NCBI GenBank assembly: GCA_964427205.1
Contig: CAYRTE010000022.1
Span: forward strand, 1,461 to 65,460
DNA from: an uncultured Caulobacter sp.
GTDB taxonomy: Bacteria; Pseudomonadota; Alphaproteobacteria; Caulobacterales; Caulobacteraceae
Length of the DNA stretch: 64,000 nt
Reading direction: 5' to 3'
A program made the position numbers and the translations under genes. Of the stretch, positions 47,017-55,883 are shown piece by piece (position 1 is the first letter of the stretch; every line of letters starts with the position of its first letter). The notes beneath the pieces were generated by a model, which was given only the letters and a program-made list of their open reading frames with translations, was not told the DNA's origin and ran no database searches.

Positions 47017-47889
47017 CTACTTCGCCACCACCTTTGGCAGGGCAGTGATCGGCGTCAGCACCATGTCGCGGAAGAAGGTTTCGGCGCCTTCCGACTGCAG
47101 CTGGATCGCGCCGTGGGTCAGGGGCTGGCCATTGGCCTTGAGGTCGCGGACCTCCACCACGGGCGCGCCATTGACTACGTGCACAGCGCGGTCGCCCAGC
47201 ACGTAGAGATCCAAGGTGTTCCACTCGCCGGCCGGCTTTTCGGCGTCGCTGTAGGCTTCGACATTCCAGTCGGCCGTACCGCCCTTGACCATCTTGACGC
47301 GGCCGTCTGGCGCGAACCGCAGCTTGGGATTGATCAGGGTGGCATCGTCGATCACCGTGGTGACGGCGCTGATCGCGTCGCCCACGGGTACGATCATGCC
47401 GGTCGAGCCGAGCATGATCTCGAACTCCGCCGACTGGCTCCAGGTGCCCCAGACCACGCCCGGCGCGCCGTGCGAATGGTAGAGCAGGCCGTTGTTGGGC
47501 GCTTCGGTCTCGCGCGGCGCCCAGCGGCCCCTGCCCCACTTGTACTGCAGGCGCAGGTGATAGTTCTGGAAGTCGCCCTTGTGGACCAGGCTGCCCCAGG
47601 TCTTGCCATTGATGTAGAGGGCAGGCTGGCCATCCTCGACCACCACCTTGAACATCTCGGCGCTCTGGGCCGTCGCGCCGATCGGGGCGACGAGGGGGCG
47701 CTTGTAGGTCAGGGCAGGGTCCGCATAGCCCAGCCAGGCGTCCCAGTCCTTCAGGTCCTGGCCGTTGAACAGCACGGTCGCGGGGCCGGCGGGCTTGGGG
47801 ATTTCGGTCAGGACCAGGGGCGGACGCGGAGCGGCCAAAGCCGGCGCGGCGGCGGCTAGGGCGGCAATAAAGGCCAGGATCTTGTACAT
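47017..47889 (-). CDS. Secreted DUF1080 (3-keto-disaccharide hydrolase-like) protein
   Basis: Signal peptide MYKILAFIAALAAAAPALA; LFNGQDLKDW...; family C-terminus ...GAIQLQSEGAETFFRDMVL. Confidence 0.8.
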   Translation of the reverse strand: MYKILAFIAALAAAAPALAAPRPPLVLTEIPKPAGPATVLFNGQDLKDWDAWLGYADPALTYKRPLVAPIGATAQSAEMFKVVVEDGQPALYINGKTWGSLVHKGDFQNYHLRLQYKWGRGRWAPRETEAPNNGLLYHSHGAPGVVWGTWSQSAEFEIMLGSTGMIVPVGDAISAVTTVIDDATLINPKLRFAPDGRVKMVKGGTADWNVEAYSDAEKPAGEWNTLDLYVLGDRAVHVVNGAPVVEVRDLKANGQPLTHGAIQLQSEGAETFFRDMVLTPITALPKVVAK

Positions 47890-47930
47890 GCGCTCTCCCT
47901 TGTCCTCTTGAGGGGACAGCGCAACCTTAT

Positions 47931-47946
47931 CTGACAGCGTTGTCAG
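47931..47946. promoter_or_regulatory. 16-bp near-perfect palindrome, candidate LacI-type operator in the divergent DUF1080/DUF1080 promoter region
   Basis: CTGACAGC|GTTGTCAG: 7 of 8 positions are complementary, central CG, TG...CA ends as in LacI/GalR-family operators. Confidence 0.35.
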
Positions 47947-48048
47947 CACAACCCTGAGATGGTCGTAGTCTGCTTGTCTAACGGGCGGCTAGGCCAGTCG
48001 AATACGAGACGATAAGACTAGGATGTTCTGGAGGGAGCGCGACAAAAC

Positions 48049-48822
48049 ATGACGACGCCAAGCGTGGTTCTCGCCGCCGCTATCGGCCTGATGGCCGCAG
48101 CGCCCGCCCAGAACAGGCCCGAGGACACCGAAGTCTGGACACCCGATCCGGCCAAGGTCGAGCCAGCAGCGACCGCAGGCCAGTCGCCTTCTGACGCCAT
48201 CGTGCTGTTCGATGGCGATGATCTGGATCAGTGGGTCTCGGCCAGGGATAGGTCGCCAGCCGGCTGGACCGTCGCGGGCGGCGTCCTGACGGTGAACAAG
48301 GCGCGGGGGAATATCGAGACCCTGCGCACGTTTCACGACTATCAGCTGCATCTGGAGTGGCGCATCCCCGCTGACATCGATGGAACCGGGCAGGGGCGCG
48401 GCAATAGCGGCGTCTTTCTGGCCTCCACCGGCCCGGGTGACGAAGGCTATGAGGTGCAAATCCTCGATTCGTATGACGCCGCCACCTACGTGAACGGACA
48501 GGCCGCGAGCGTCTACAAGCAGCATCCGCCGCTCGTGAACGCCAGCCGCAGGCCCGGTGAGTGGCAGACCTACGACATCGTCTGGCGGGCGCCGGTGTTT
48601 GGCGCGGACGGCGCGCTTGTTTCGCCAGCCACGGTGACGGTGCTGCATAACGGCGTGCTGGTTCAGGAGAACGCGGTGCTGGCTGGCGAGACGGTCTATA
48701 TCGGCAAGCCCGCCTACAGGGCGCATGGCGCGGCGCCGATCAAGCTACAGGCCCATGGCGATCCCAGCGCGCCGATCAGCTTCCGTAATATTTGGCTGCG
48801 CGAGCTTGCACCTCGCCCCTAG
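48049..48822 (+). CDS. Secreted DUF1080 (3-keto-disaccharide hydrolase-like) protein
   Basis: Signal peptide; LFDGDDLDQW...GWTV..G.L; ...YQLHLEWR...GNSGVFL...GYEVQILDS...; ends IKLQAHGDPSAPISFRNIWLREL. Confidence 0.85.
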   Translation: MTTPSVVLAAAIGLMAAAPAQNRPEDTEVWTPDPAKVEPAATAGQSPSDAIVLFDGDDLDQWVSARDRSPAGWTVAGGVLTVNKARGNIETLRTFHDYQLHLEWRIPADIDGTGQGRGNSGVFLASTGPGDEGYEVQILDSYDAATYVNGQAASVYKQHPPLVNASRRPGEWQTYDIVWRAPVFGADGALVSPATVTVLHNGVLVQENAVLAGETVYIGKPAYRAHGAAPIKLQAHGDPSAPISFRNIWLRELAPRP

Positions 48823-49826
48823 GCCGGCGGCGGAGCGCTGCTTTCCCGCACCACAAGGCGGTGGGGCAGGGTGACATTCTGCAGGGCGCTGGCCCGGTCG
48901 GCCAGGATCTCTAGCAGCAACCGGACGACCTCATGGCCGATCTGCTCCATCGGCTGGCTGACTGTGGTCAGCTTGGGGTTCAGGTACTGGGCGAAGCGGA
49001 TGTCGTCGAAGCCGACCAGCGAGACGTCCTGGGGGCAGCGCAGGCCGCGCTGGCGAATGGCCTCCAGCGCGCCCATGGCCATCTCGTCGCTGAAGCAGAA
49101 GATCGCCGTCGGTCGGCCGGGTTCGTCCAGCAGCTCGCCGGTCTGGCGCACGCCGGATTCGATCGAGAAATCACCGATGGACATGCGCAGGGCGCTGGCG
49201 CGGCCCTGGCGCTGGGCGGCGGCCAACACGCCGCTCAGGCGGTCGCTGCTGATCGGACTGGCCAGAGGTCCGGTGACGACCCCGATCCGGGTGTGACCCA
49301 GGCCGTAGAGATATTCCATGACCTCGGCGGCGGCGCGCTCATTGTCGATATGGGCGCTGGACACCGCCAGGCCCGGCCGGAACTCGCAGCCGTTGACGAT
49401 CGGCGTCCGAGGGCCCTTGGCGGCGACCATGTCCGCCAGGACGTCGGGCAGGCGATGGCCCAGGAAGATCAGGCCGTCAGCCTCCTTGCGCCGGAACATG
49501 GCGGCGTACTGCTCCTCGCGGGCCTCCTCGTGGCGGGTGTCGCCCAGCAGAACCGAATAGCCCGCGGTCATTGCGGCTTCCTCGACGCCCCGGATCACTT
49601 GGGAGAAGAAGGGATTGGAGATGTCCGGCACGGTTACCAGGATCTTCTCGGTACGCAGGGTGCGCAGGCTCCTGGCCGCGAAATTGGGCTCGTAGCCTAG
49701 GCGGTTGACCGCCTCCATCACTTTGTTGCGCGTCGCTTCCAGCACCAGTTCAGGGGCGCTGAACACGCGGGAAACCGTCGCGGTGGAGACACCCGCGTCG
49801 CGCGCGACATCTTGAATGGTGGCCAT
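48819..49826 (-). CDS. LacI family transcriptional regulator
   Basis: HTH N-terminus MATIQDVARDAGVSTATVSRVFS followed by a periplasmic-binding-protein-like sugar-binding core. Confidence 0.9.
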   Translation of the reverse strand: MATIQDVARDAGVSTATVSRVFSAPELVLEATRNKVMEAVNRLGYEPNFAARSLRTLRTEKILVTVPDISNPFFSQVIRGVEEAAMTAGYSVLLGDTRHEEAREEQYAAMFRRKEADGLIFLGHRLPDVLADMVAAKGPRTPIVNGCEFRPGLAVSSAHIDNERAAAEVMEYLYGLGHTRIGVVTGPLASPISSDRLSGVLAAAQRQGRASALRMSIGDFSIESGVRQTGELLDEPGRPTAIFCFSDEMAMGALEAIRQRGLRCPQDVSLVGFDDIRFAQYLNPKLTTVSQPMEQIGHEVVRLLLEILADRASALQNVTLPHRLVVRESSAPPPA

Positions 49827-50002
49827 CGGCGGACACTGGCGACAAGCCGCTGGCTTGGCAAGGCGCTGCTACGCCGCCACGGCATCTGTTGCGCGGCTGC
49901 CGCCTTGACTGGCCTCGCCATCGATGATTTCGATTACATCAGAGCGGACGCCGCCCAAACGGGCCCTATCAAGCCGCCTATACTGGTCGGGGAGGGCCAA
50001 CC

Positions 50003-51265
50003 ATGACGACGAGCTTCCGGCTCTTTCTGATGATGGTGCTTCAGCTGGCCATCTGGGGCGCCTGGGCGCCCAAGATATTCCCCTACATGGGCATGCTGGG
50101 CTTCGCGCCCTGGCAGCAGTCGCTGGTCGGTAGTTCATGGGGCGTGGCCGCTCTGGTCGGCATCTTCTTCTCCAACCAGTTCGCCGACCGAAATTTCGCG
50201 GCCGAGCGCTTTCTGGCGGTCAGCCACCTGATCGGCGGCCTGGCTCTGGTCGGGACCGCGCTGGCGACCAGCTTCTGGCCGTTCTTCGCCTGCTACCTGA
50301 TCTTCAGCCTGGTCTATGTGCCGACCCTGTCGGTGACCAACTCCATCGCCTTCGCCAACCTGCGCAACCCGGCGGCGGACTTCGGCGCGGTGCGGATGGG
50401 CGGCACGGTGGGCTGGGTGCTGGTCAGCTGGCCCTTCGTCTTCCTGCTGGGCGCCAGCGCCACGGTCGAGCAGATGCGATGGATCTTTCTGGTCGCGGCG
50501 CTCGTCTCGTTCGTCTTCGCCGGCTACGCGCTGACCTTGCCCCACACCCCGGCCCGTAAGGACGCGCCGGGCATCGACAAGCTGGCTTGGCGACGCGCCT
50601 TCAAGCTTCTGGCGACGCCCTTCGTGCTGGTGCTGTTCATCGTCACCTTCATCGATTCAGTAATCCATAACGGCTACTTCGTGATGGCCGACGCCTTCCT
50701 GACCAACCGGGTGGGCATCGCCGGAAATCTCAGCATGGTGGTGCTGAGCCTGGGGCAGGTGGCCGAGATCCTGACCATGTTCCTGCTGGGCCGGGTGCTG
50801 GCGCGGCTGGGCTGGAAGATCACCATGATCGTCGGGGTTCTGGGTCACGCCGCGCGCTTCGCGGTCTTCGCCTTCTTCGCCGACAGCATTCCGGTGATTG
50901 TCGCCGTGCAGCTGCTGCACGGCATCTGCTACGCCTTCTTCTTCGCCACGGTTTACATCTTCGTCGACGCGGTCTTCCCCAAGGATGTCCGCTCCAGCGC
51001 CCAGGGCCTGTTCAATCTGCTGATCCTGGGCGTCGGCAATGTGGTGGCCAGTTTCCTGTTCCCGTCGCTGATCAGCCGCCTTACCCAGACCAGCGCCGAT
51101 GGCGCGGCGACCGTGGACTATACCGGTCTGTTCATGGTCCCCACCGGCATGGCCCTGGCGGCGGTGTGTCTGCTGGCCCTGTTCTTCAAGCCGCCGACCC
51201 GGGCGCCGATCTCGGAGGTCGCCGACGGCGGACCGGTCGCGGCCGCCACGCCGGCCCAGCCATGA
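50003..51265 (+). CDS. MFS transporter (nucleoside:H+ symporter-like family)
   Basis: 420 aa with 12 hydrophobic segments. N-terminus FRLFLMMVLQLAIWGAWAPK is typical of NHS-like MFS proteins. Confidence 0.8.
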   Translation: MTTSFRLFLMMVLQLAIWGAWAPKIFPYMGMLGFAPWQQSLVGSSWGVAALVGIFFSNQFADRNFAAERFLAVSHLIGGLALVGTALATSFWPFFACYLIFSLVYVPTLSVTNSIAFANLRNPAADFGAVRMGGTVGWVLVSWPFVFLLGASATVEQMRWIFLVAALVSFVFAGYALTLPHTPARKDAPGIDKLAWRRAFKLLATPFVLVLFIVTFIDSVIHNGYFVMADAFLTNRVGIAGNLSMVVLSLGQVAEILTMFLLGRVLARLGWKITMIVGVLGHAARFAVFAFFADSIPVIVAVQLLHGICYAFFFATVYIFVDAVFPKDVRSSAQGLFNLLILGVGNVVASFLFPSLISRLTQTSADGAATVDYTGLFMVPTGMALAAVCLLALFFKPPTRAPISEVADGGPVAAATPAQP

Positions 51266-52254
51266 CCATGCCTATCCAGAAAAAGGAAAGCCTCGTGCGC
51301 TCAACTGTTTTCGGACGTACCGTCGGCGACGCCGACCTGTCGCGGCGGGGCCTGCTGGGCGCCGGCGCAGCGGCCTTGGGCATGGCCTATGGCGGCGTCG
51401 CCAGCGCGGCGGACAAGCCATTCTTTCAGCGTCATGATCTGCCGGTCGGCATCCAACTTTACACCTTGGGTCCGGACCTCGCGAAGGCGCTGGACGCGCA
51501 ATTGGCCACCCTGGCTGGGATTGGCTTCAAGTCCGTTGAGCTGGCAGGCTATCTGGGCCGCACGCCCGCCGAGCTGCGCGCCGCCTTTGATCGCGCGGGC
51601 CTGATCTGCCCCAGCGCCCACATCTCGCCCAAGGGCGCCAACGGTCCCAGCTTCAGCGGCGATCTCGCCAAGCTGGCCGACGATCTGCACGTGATCGGCG
51701 TGAAGGCCGCGATCATGCCGATCCTCTACATCCCAGATCGTCTGGGCAACGACCTGCGCCAGGCCGGCGTCCAGATGACCGCCGACGACTGGAAGTGGAA
51801 CGCCGACTTCCTGAATGAGAAGGCCGCTGTCCTCAAGAAGGCCGGCATCGTCACGGGCTATCACAACCACAATTTCGAGTTTGCGCCGCTCGGTGAAACC
51901 ACGGGCATGGATATCCTGCTGCAAGGCACAGATCCCAATCTCGTCACCTTCGAGCTGGACGCGGGCTGGGTAACGGCGGCGGGGCAAGACCCCATCGCCC
52001 TGATGAAAGCACACCCCGGTCGGTTCACCCAGATGCACGTCAAGGACATCAAGCCCACCACCAAGACCAATTTCGAGCTGCGCCAGGATCCGACCGAGGT
52101 TGGCGGCGGCATGATCGACTGGAAGGCGCTGTTGCCGGCCGCCTATGCCGCCGGAATCCGGGGCTTCTACTATGAGCAGGAGCCGCCATTCGCCCACGCC
52201 CGCCTGGACTCGGCCAGGATCAGCTTTGAGTATCTGGCGAAAGTGATGGCCTGA
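51262..52254 (+). CDS. Tat-exported xylose isomerase-like TIM-barrel protein (sugar phosphate isomerase/epimerase family)
   Basis: Twin-arginine leader DLSRRGLLGAGAAALG...ASA, then the AP-endonuclease-2/TIM pattern (...GFKSVELAGY...HNHNFEF...FELDAGW...). ATGA overlap with the MFS stop. Confidence 0.8.
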   Translation: MTMPIQKKESLVRSTVFGRTVGDADLSRRGLLGAGAAALGMAYGGVASAADKPFFQRHDLPVGIQLYTLGPDLAKALDAQLATLAGIGFKSVELAGYLGRTPAELRAAFDRAGLICPSAHISPKGANGPSFSGDLAKLADDLHVIGVKAAIMPILYIPDRLGNDLRQAGVQMTADDWKWNADFLNEKAAVLKKAGIVTGYHNHNFEFAPLGETTGMDILLQGTDPNLVTFELDAGWVTAAGQDPIALMKAHPGRFTQMHVKDIKPTTKTNFELRQDPTEVGGGMIDWKALLPAAYAAGIRGFYYEQEPPFAHARLDSARISFEYLAKVMA

Positions 52255-53396
52255 TGAGCGCTCGCACGCCCCTGCGACTGGCCATGGTGGGGGGCGGTCC
52301 TGGCTCGTTCATCGGGCCGGTGCATCGCATGGCCGCCGAACTGGACGGCCGCATGCGTCTGGTGGCCGGCGTGTTCAGTCGCGATGCGGCCAAGAACGCG
52401 GCGGCGGCCGATGGCTGGGGCGTGGCGCGCGACCGGGTCTATCCCGATCACCACACGATGATCGCGGCCGAGCGGGCGCGCCCTGACGGGGTCGACCTCG
52501 TCGCCGTGGTGACGCCTAACCACCTGCACTTCGACGTCTCCGCCGCCGCTCTGCGCGGCGGTCTGCACGTGATCAGCGACAAGCCCGCGACCCTTGACCT
52601 CGCGCAGGCGCATGAGCTGGCCGACGTCGTCGCCGCATCCGGCAAGCTCTATGCCCTGACCTACACCTATACCGGCTATCCGATGGTTCGCGAGGCGCGC
52701 GAGATCGTGGCGCGCGGGGACCTCGGCGCCGTGCGCAAGGTCGTCGTCGAATACTCGCAGGGCTGGCTGTCGCGCCCGCTGGAGCGGGAGGGCAACAAGC
52801 AGGCGGACTGGCGATCCGATCCGGCCCAGTCCGGCGTCGGCGGCTGCATCGGCGACATCGGCGTCCATGCCTTCAACATCGCCGAGTTCATCACGGGGCG
52901 CCGCGTAGAGCGCCTGTGCGCGGATGTGGCCACCGTGGTTCCCGGGCGAAACCTGGACGACGACTGCAACGTGCTGCTGCGCTTTGAGGGCGGCGCGCGC
53001 GGCGTGCTCATCGCCTCGCAGATCTCGGCGGGCGCGCGCAACGGCCTGAAGATCAGCGTCTATGGCGAGCTGGGCGGGCTGACCTGGAGCCACGAGCGCC
53101 ATACCGAACTGACCCTCGACTGGCTGGATGGGCCCAGCCAAGTGCTGCACGCCGGCTCGGCCTATCTGGGCGCGGGCGCGCGGGCGGTGACTCGGATCCC
53201 GACCGGCCATCCCGAGGGGTTCATCGAGGCCTTCGCCAACATCTATCGCGACTTCGCCGACGCGATAGAAGGGCAGGGTAGGGAGCTTGTGCCCGACATC
53301 GCCGAGGGCGTGCGCGGCATGGCCTTCGTCGAGCGCGCCGTGGCCGCGAGCCGCAACGACTCCGGCTGGGTGACGCTGGAAGGAGAAAGCCGATGA
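52254..53396 (+). CDS. Gfo/Idh/MocA family NAD(P)-dependent oxidoreductase
   Basis: N-terminal Rossmann LRLAMVGGGPGSFIGPVH, ...VTPNHLH..., ...DKP.... Confidence 0.85.
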   Translation: MSARTPLRLAMVGGGPGSFIGPVHRMAAELDGRMRLVAGVFSRDAAKNAAAADGWGVARDRVYPDHHTMIAAERARPDGVDLVAVVTPNHLHFDVSAAALRGGLHVISDKPATLDLAQAHELADVVAASGKLYALTYTYTGYPMVREAREIVARGDLGAVRKVVVEYSQGWLSRPLEREGNKQADWRSDPAQSGVGGCIGDIGVHAFNIAEFITGRRVERLCADVATVVPGRNLDDDCNVLLRFEGGARGVLIASQISAGARNGLKISVYGELGGLTWSHERHTELTLDWLDGPSQVLHAGSAYLGAGARAVTRIPTGHPEGFIEAFANIYRDFADAIEGQGRELVPDIAEGVRGMAFVERAVAASRNDSGWVTLEGESR

Positions 53397-54448
53397 AGAC
53401 GCTCAAGGGACCGGGGATTTTCCTGGCTCAGTTCATCGGCGGCGAGCCGCCGTTCGACAAGCTGGAGACCATGGCCGCCTGGGTGGCTGATCTCGGCTAT
53501 GTCGGCGTCCAGATGCCCACCGGCGGGGCGGACTCGTTCTTCGACCTGGCCCTGGCCGCCGAGAGCCAGACCTATTGCGACGACATCGCCGGGATGTTGG
53601 CCGGCCACGGCCTGCAGATCACCGAGCTGTCGACCCACCTGCAGGGTCAACTGGTGGCCGTGCATCCGGCCTATGACGAGCTGTTCGATGGCTTTGCCCC
53701 GCCTGAGCTGCGCGGCAAGCCGGCCGAGCGCCAGGCCTGGGCGGTGGGGCAGGTCAAGGCCGCCGCGGTCGCCAGCCGGCGCCTGGGCCTGAACGCCCAC
53801 GCCACCTTTTCCGGCGCTTTGGCCTGGCCTTACTTCTATCCGTGGCCGCAGCGCCCGGCCGGCCTGGTCGAGGAAGCCTTCGCTGAACTCGGCCGTCGCT
53901 GGAAGCCGATCCTCGACGTCTTCGAGACCGAGGGCGTCGACGTCTGCTACGAGATCCATCCGGGCGAGGACCTGCACGACGGCGTGACCTTCGAGCGGTT
54001 CCTTGACGAAGTGGACGGCCATCCGCGCGCCAATATCCTCTATGATCCCAGTCACTTCGTGCTGCAGCAGCTGGACTATCTGGGCTATATCGACCGCTAT
54101 CACGAGCGGATCAAAGCCTTCCACGTCAAGGACGCCGAGTTCCGGCCGTCCGCTCGGTCCGGCGTCTATGGCGGCTATCAGGACTGGGCCGAGCGGCCCG
54201 GTCGCTTCCGTTCGCTGGGCGATGGCCAGGTGGACTTCAAGGCGATCTTCTCCAGGCTGGCCCAATACGACTTCCCAGGCTGGGCGGTGCTGGAGTGGGA
54301 GTGCGCCTTGAAGCATCCGGAGCAGGGCGCCCGCGAAGGCGCGCCATTCATCCGCGACCATATCATCCAGGTGACGGACCGGGCGTTTGACGACTTCGCC
54401 GGCAGCGCGCCCGACGCCGGCCGCAATCGGCGGCTATTGGGCCTTTAG
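53393..54448 (+). CDS. Xylose isomerase-like TIM-barrel protein (sugar phosphate isomerase/epimerase family), cytoplasmic
   Basis: No signal peptide. ...YEIHPGEDL..., ...ILYDPSHF..., ...FHVKDAEF..., ...GWAVLEWEC.... ATGA overlap with the upstream oxidoreductase. Confidence 0.8.
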   Translation: MKTLKGPGIFLAQFIGGEPPFDKLETMAAWVADLGYVGVQMPTGGADSFFDLALAAESQTYCDDIAGMLAGHGLQITELSTHLQGQLVAVHPAYDELFDGFAPPELRGKPAERQAWAVGQVKAAAVASRRLGLNAHATFSGALAWPYFYPWPQRPAGLVEEAFAELGRRWKPILDVFETEGVDVCYEIHPGEDLHDGVTFERFLDEVDGHPRANILYDPSHFVLQQLDYLGYIDRYHERIKAFHVKDAEFRPSARSGVYGGYQDWAERPGRFRSLGDGQVDFKAIFSRLAQYDFPGWAVLEWECALKHPEQGAREGAPFIRDHIIQVTDRAFDDFAGSAPDAGRNRRLLGL

Positions 54449-54474
54449 ACCAAACCTTCGAGGAAAACGTCCTG

Positions 54475-54834
54475 ATGAAGTGCTCGCTTATGCTCGCTGC
54501 TGTCGTGTCGGCCATGACGACCACCGCCATGGCGGCGACGTCGGGCTCGGACGTGTTCGAGCAACGTTGCGCGGTCTGCCATTCGCTCAAGCCTGCGCCG
54601 GGCAAGATGGGGCCGCCCCTAGCCAGTGTGGTCGGCCGCAAGGCTGGAACCCTGGGCGGCTATGGCTATAGCAACGCAATGAAAGCCTCTGGCATCACCT
54701 GGAACGCCGAGACGCTGGACGCCTATCTCAAGGCTCCGGCCAAGACTGTGTCCGGCACCAAGATGCTGGTCGGCGCGCCGGACGCCCAGCAGCGCGCGGC
54801 AGTGATCCAGTACCTGACGTCGGTCAAGAAGTAG
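54475..54834 (+). CDS. Class I c-type cytochrome (cytochrome c2-like), periplasmic
   Basis: Signal peptide, CAVCH heme-binding motif, distal GTKM methionine ligand region. Confidence 0.85.
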   Translation: MKCSLMLAAVVSAMTTTAMAATSGSDVFEQRCAVCHSLKPAPGKMGPPLASVVGRKAGTLGGYGYSNAMKASGITWNAETLDAYLKAPAKTVSGTKMLVGAPDAQQRAAVIQYLTSVKK

Positions 54835-54845
54835 CTCAGGTCCTT

Positions 54846-54866
54846 GACGGCGCTCAGCGCGCCGTC
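54846..54866. terminator. Hairpin between convergent cytochrome c and DUF1080 genes (possible terminator, no T-run)
   Basis: gacggcgc-tcagc-gcgccgtc: 8-bp stem. Overlaps the DUF1080 stop codon. Confidence 0.35.
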
Positions 54867-55663
54867 AGCTCCTGGATCTCGATGTCCTTGAATTCGATGG
54901 GATGGCCCTCGCTCTGCAGGGCGATATAGCCCTCCGTGACCGGCTGGGCGCCGCGCGCAAGGATATAGGGCTTGGCCCCGCCCGCGACGGTGTCGTCGGG
55001 GTCCAGGGTCAGGCCGGCATAGCGGTGGACCACAACCCCGTCGATCCTCTGAAAGACTTCACCATTGGGCCGGACTTCCAGTTCGACCTTCGTCCAGGTC
55101 CCATCTGGAATGGTCGGCGCATTGGCCGACGGCGTGCAGTGCTCCTTGGCCTTCACGCCATCGAAGGTGATGGTGATGCCGGGCGTGCAAACCGCGCCCG
55201 TGGGGCGGGGCGCGTCGCCATCCTTGCCCAGCAGTTGGAACTCCACCGAGACGGGGAAGGGTTGCTCCACCGTCATGCTCTCGGGGCTCTGGCTATGGAA
55301 CATCACGCCGCTGTTGCTGCGAGCCCAGGCGGGCGTGTCGGCAAGACCGCCCTCGGTGAGGAAGCGGTAGGTGAAACGGAGGCGATACGCTTTGAAAGGG
55401 GTCTTGTAGAACAGGTGTCCGAACTGCCCGTTCAGCGTGTCGTAGCCGGCATAGGACACCCGGATGGCGCCCTGATCGACCACGAACGTCTGGCGGTAGT
55501 TTTCGCCGACGGCGTGCTTGGCGATCTTCGGCGTCCAGCCGTCCAGGGTGCGGCCATCGAACAGCGAACGCCACGGCCCGGCCTTCACCTCTTCGGCGCG
55601 GGCTTGAACCACTAGGCCTAGCGGCAAGCAGCTTGCCAGAACGCCCAGCGCAACGCCGCGCAT
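54854..55663 (-). CDS. Secreted DUF1080 (3-keto-disaccharide hydrolase-like) protein
   Basis: Signal peptide MRGVALGVLASCLPLGLVVQARA; LFDGRTLDGWTPK; ends YIALQSEGHPIEFKDIEIQEL. The ORF opens at 55711. Confidence 0.8.
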   Translation of the reverse strand: MRGVALGVLASCLPLGLVVQARAEEVKAGPWRSLFDGRTLDGWTPKIAKHAVGENYRQTFVVDQGAIRVSYAGYDTLNGQFGHLFYKTPFKAYRLRFTYRFLTEGGLADTPAWARSNSGVMFHSQSPESMTVEQPFPVSVEFQLLGKDGDAPRPTGAVCTPGITITFDGVKAKEHCTPSANAPTIPDGTWTKVELEVRPNGEVFQRIDGVVVHRYAGLTLDPDDTVAGGAKPYILARGAQPVTEGYIALQSEGHPIEFKDIEIQELTAR

Positions 55664-55883
55664 CGTTGTCAGGGGATGGCGGGTCCGCGCGAACTGGCAG
55701 GATGGGGTCATGGCTTGGTCGTCCTCCCTTGCGCCCGACTTTTTAGGTCAATTGCCGAGCTTTCTTGCAATGTAACCCATTTCATGGAAGCCTCCAGTCA
55801 ACAATTGGGGGTTCGCCGAGGTTGGCGCGTTGGGCTGTAACGGCCGGCAGCGCCCCATCGAGTGAGCGGATTAGGGAGCACTC

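Noticed and set aside
49915-49932. gatgatttcgattacatc, a possible LacI operator in the LacI/MFS intergenic region, and the CAAGCC-GCT-GGCTTG inverted repeat at 49843-49857
   Set aside because: The first is only about 10 of 16 self-complementary and unrelated to the better palindrome at 47931-47946. The second is a short 6-3-6 repeat in GC-rich DNA that could arise by chance.
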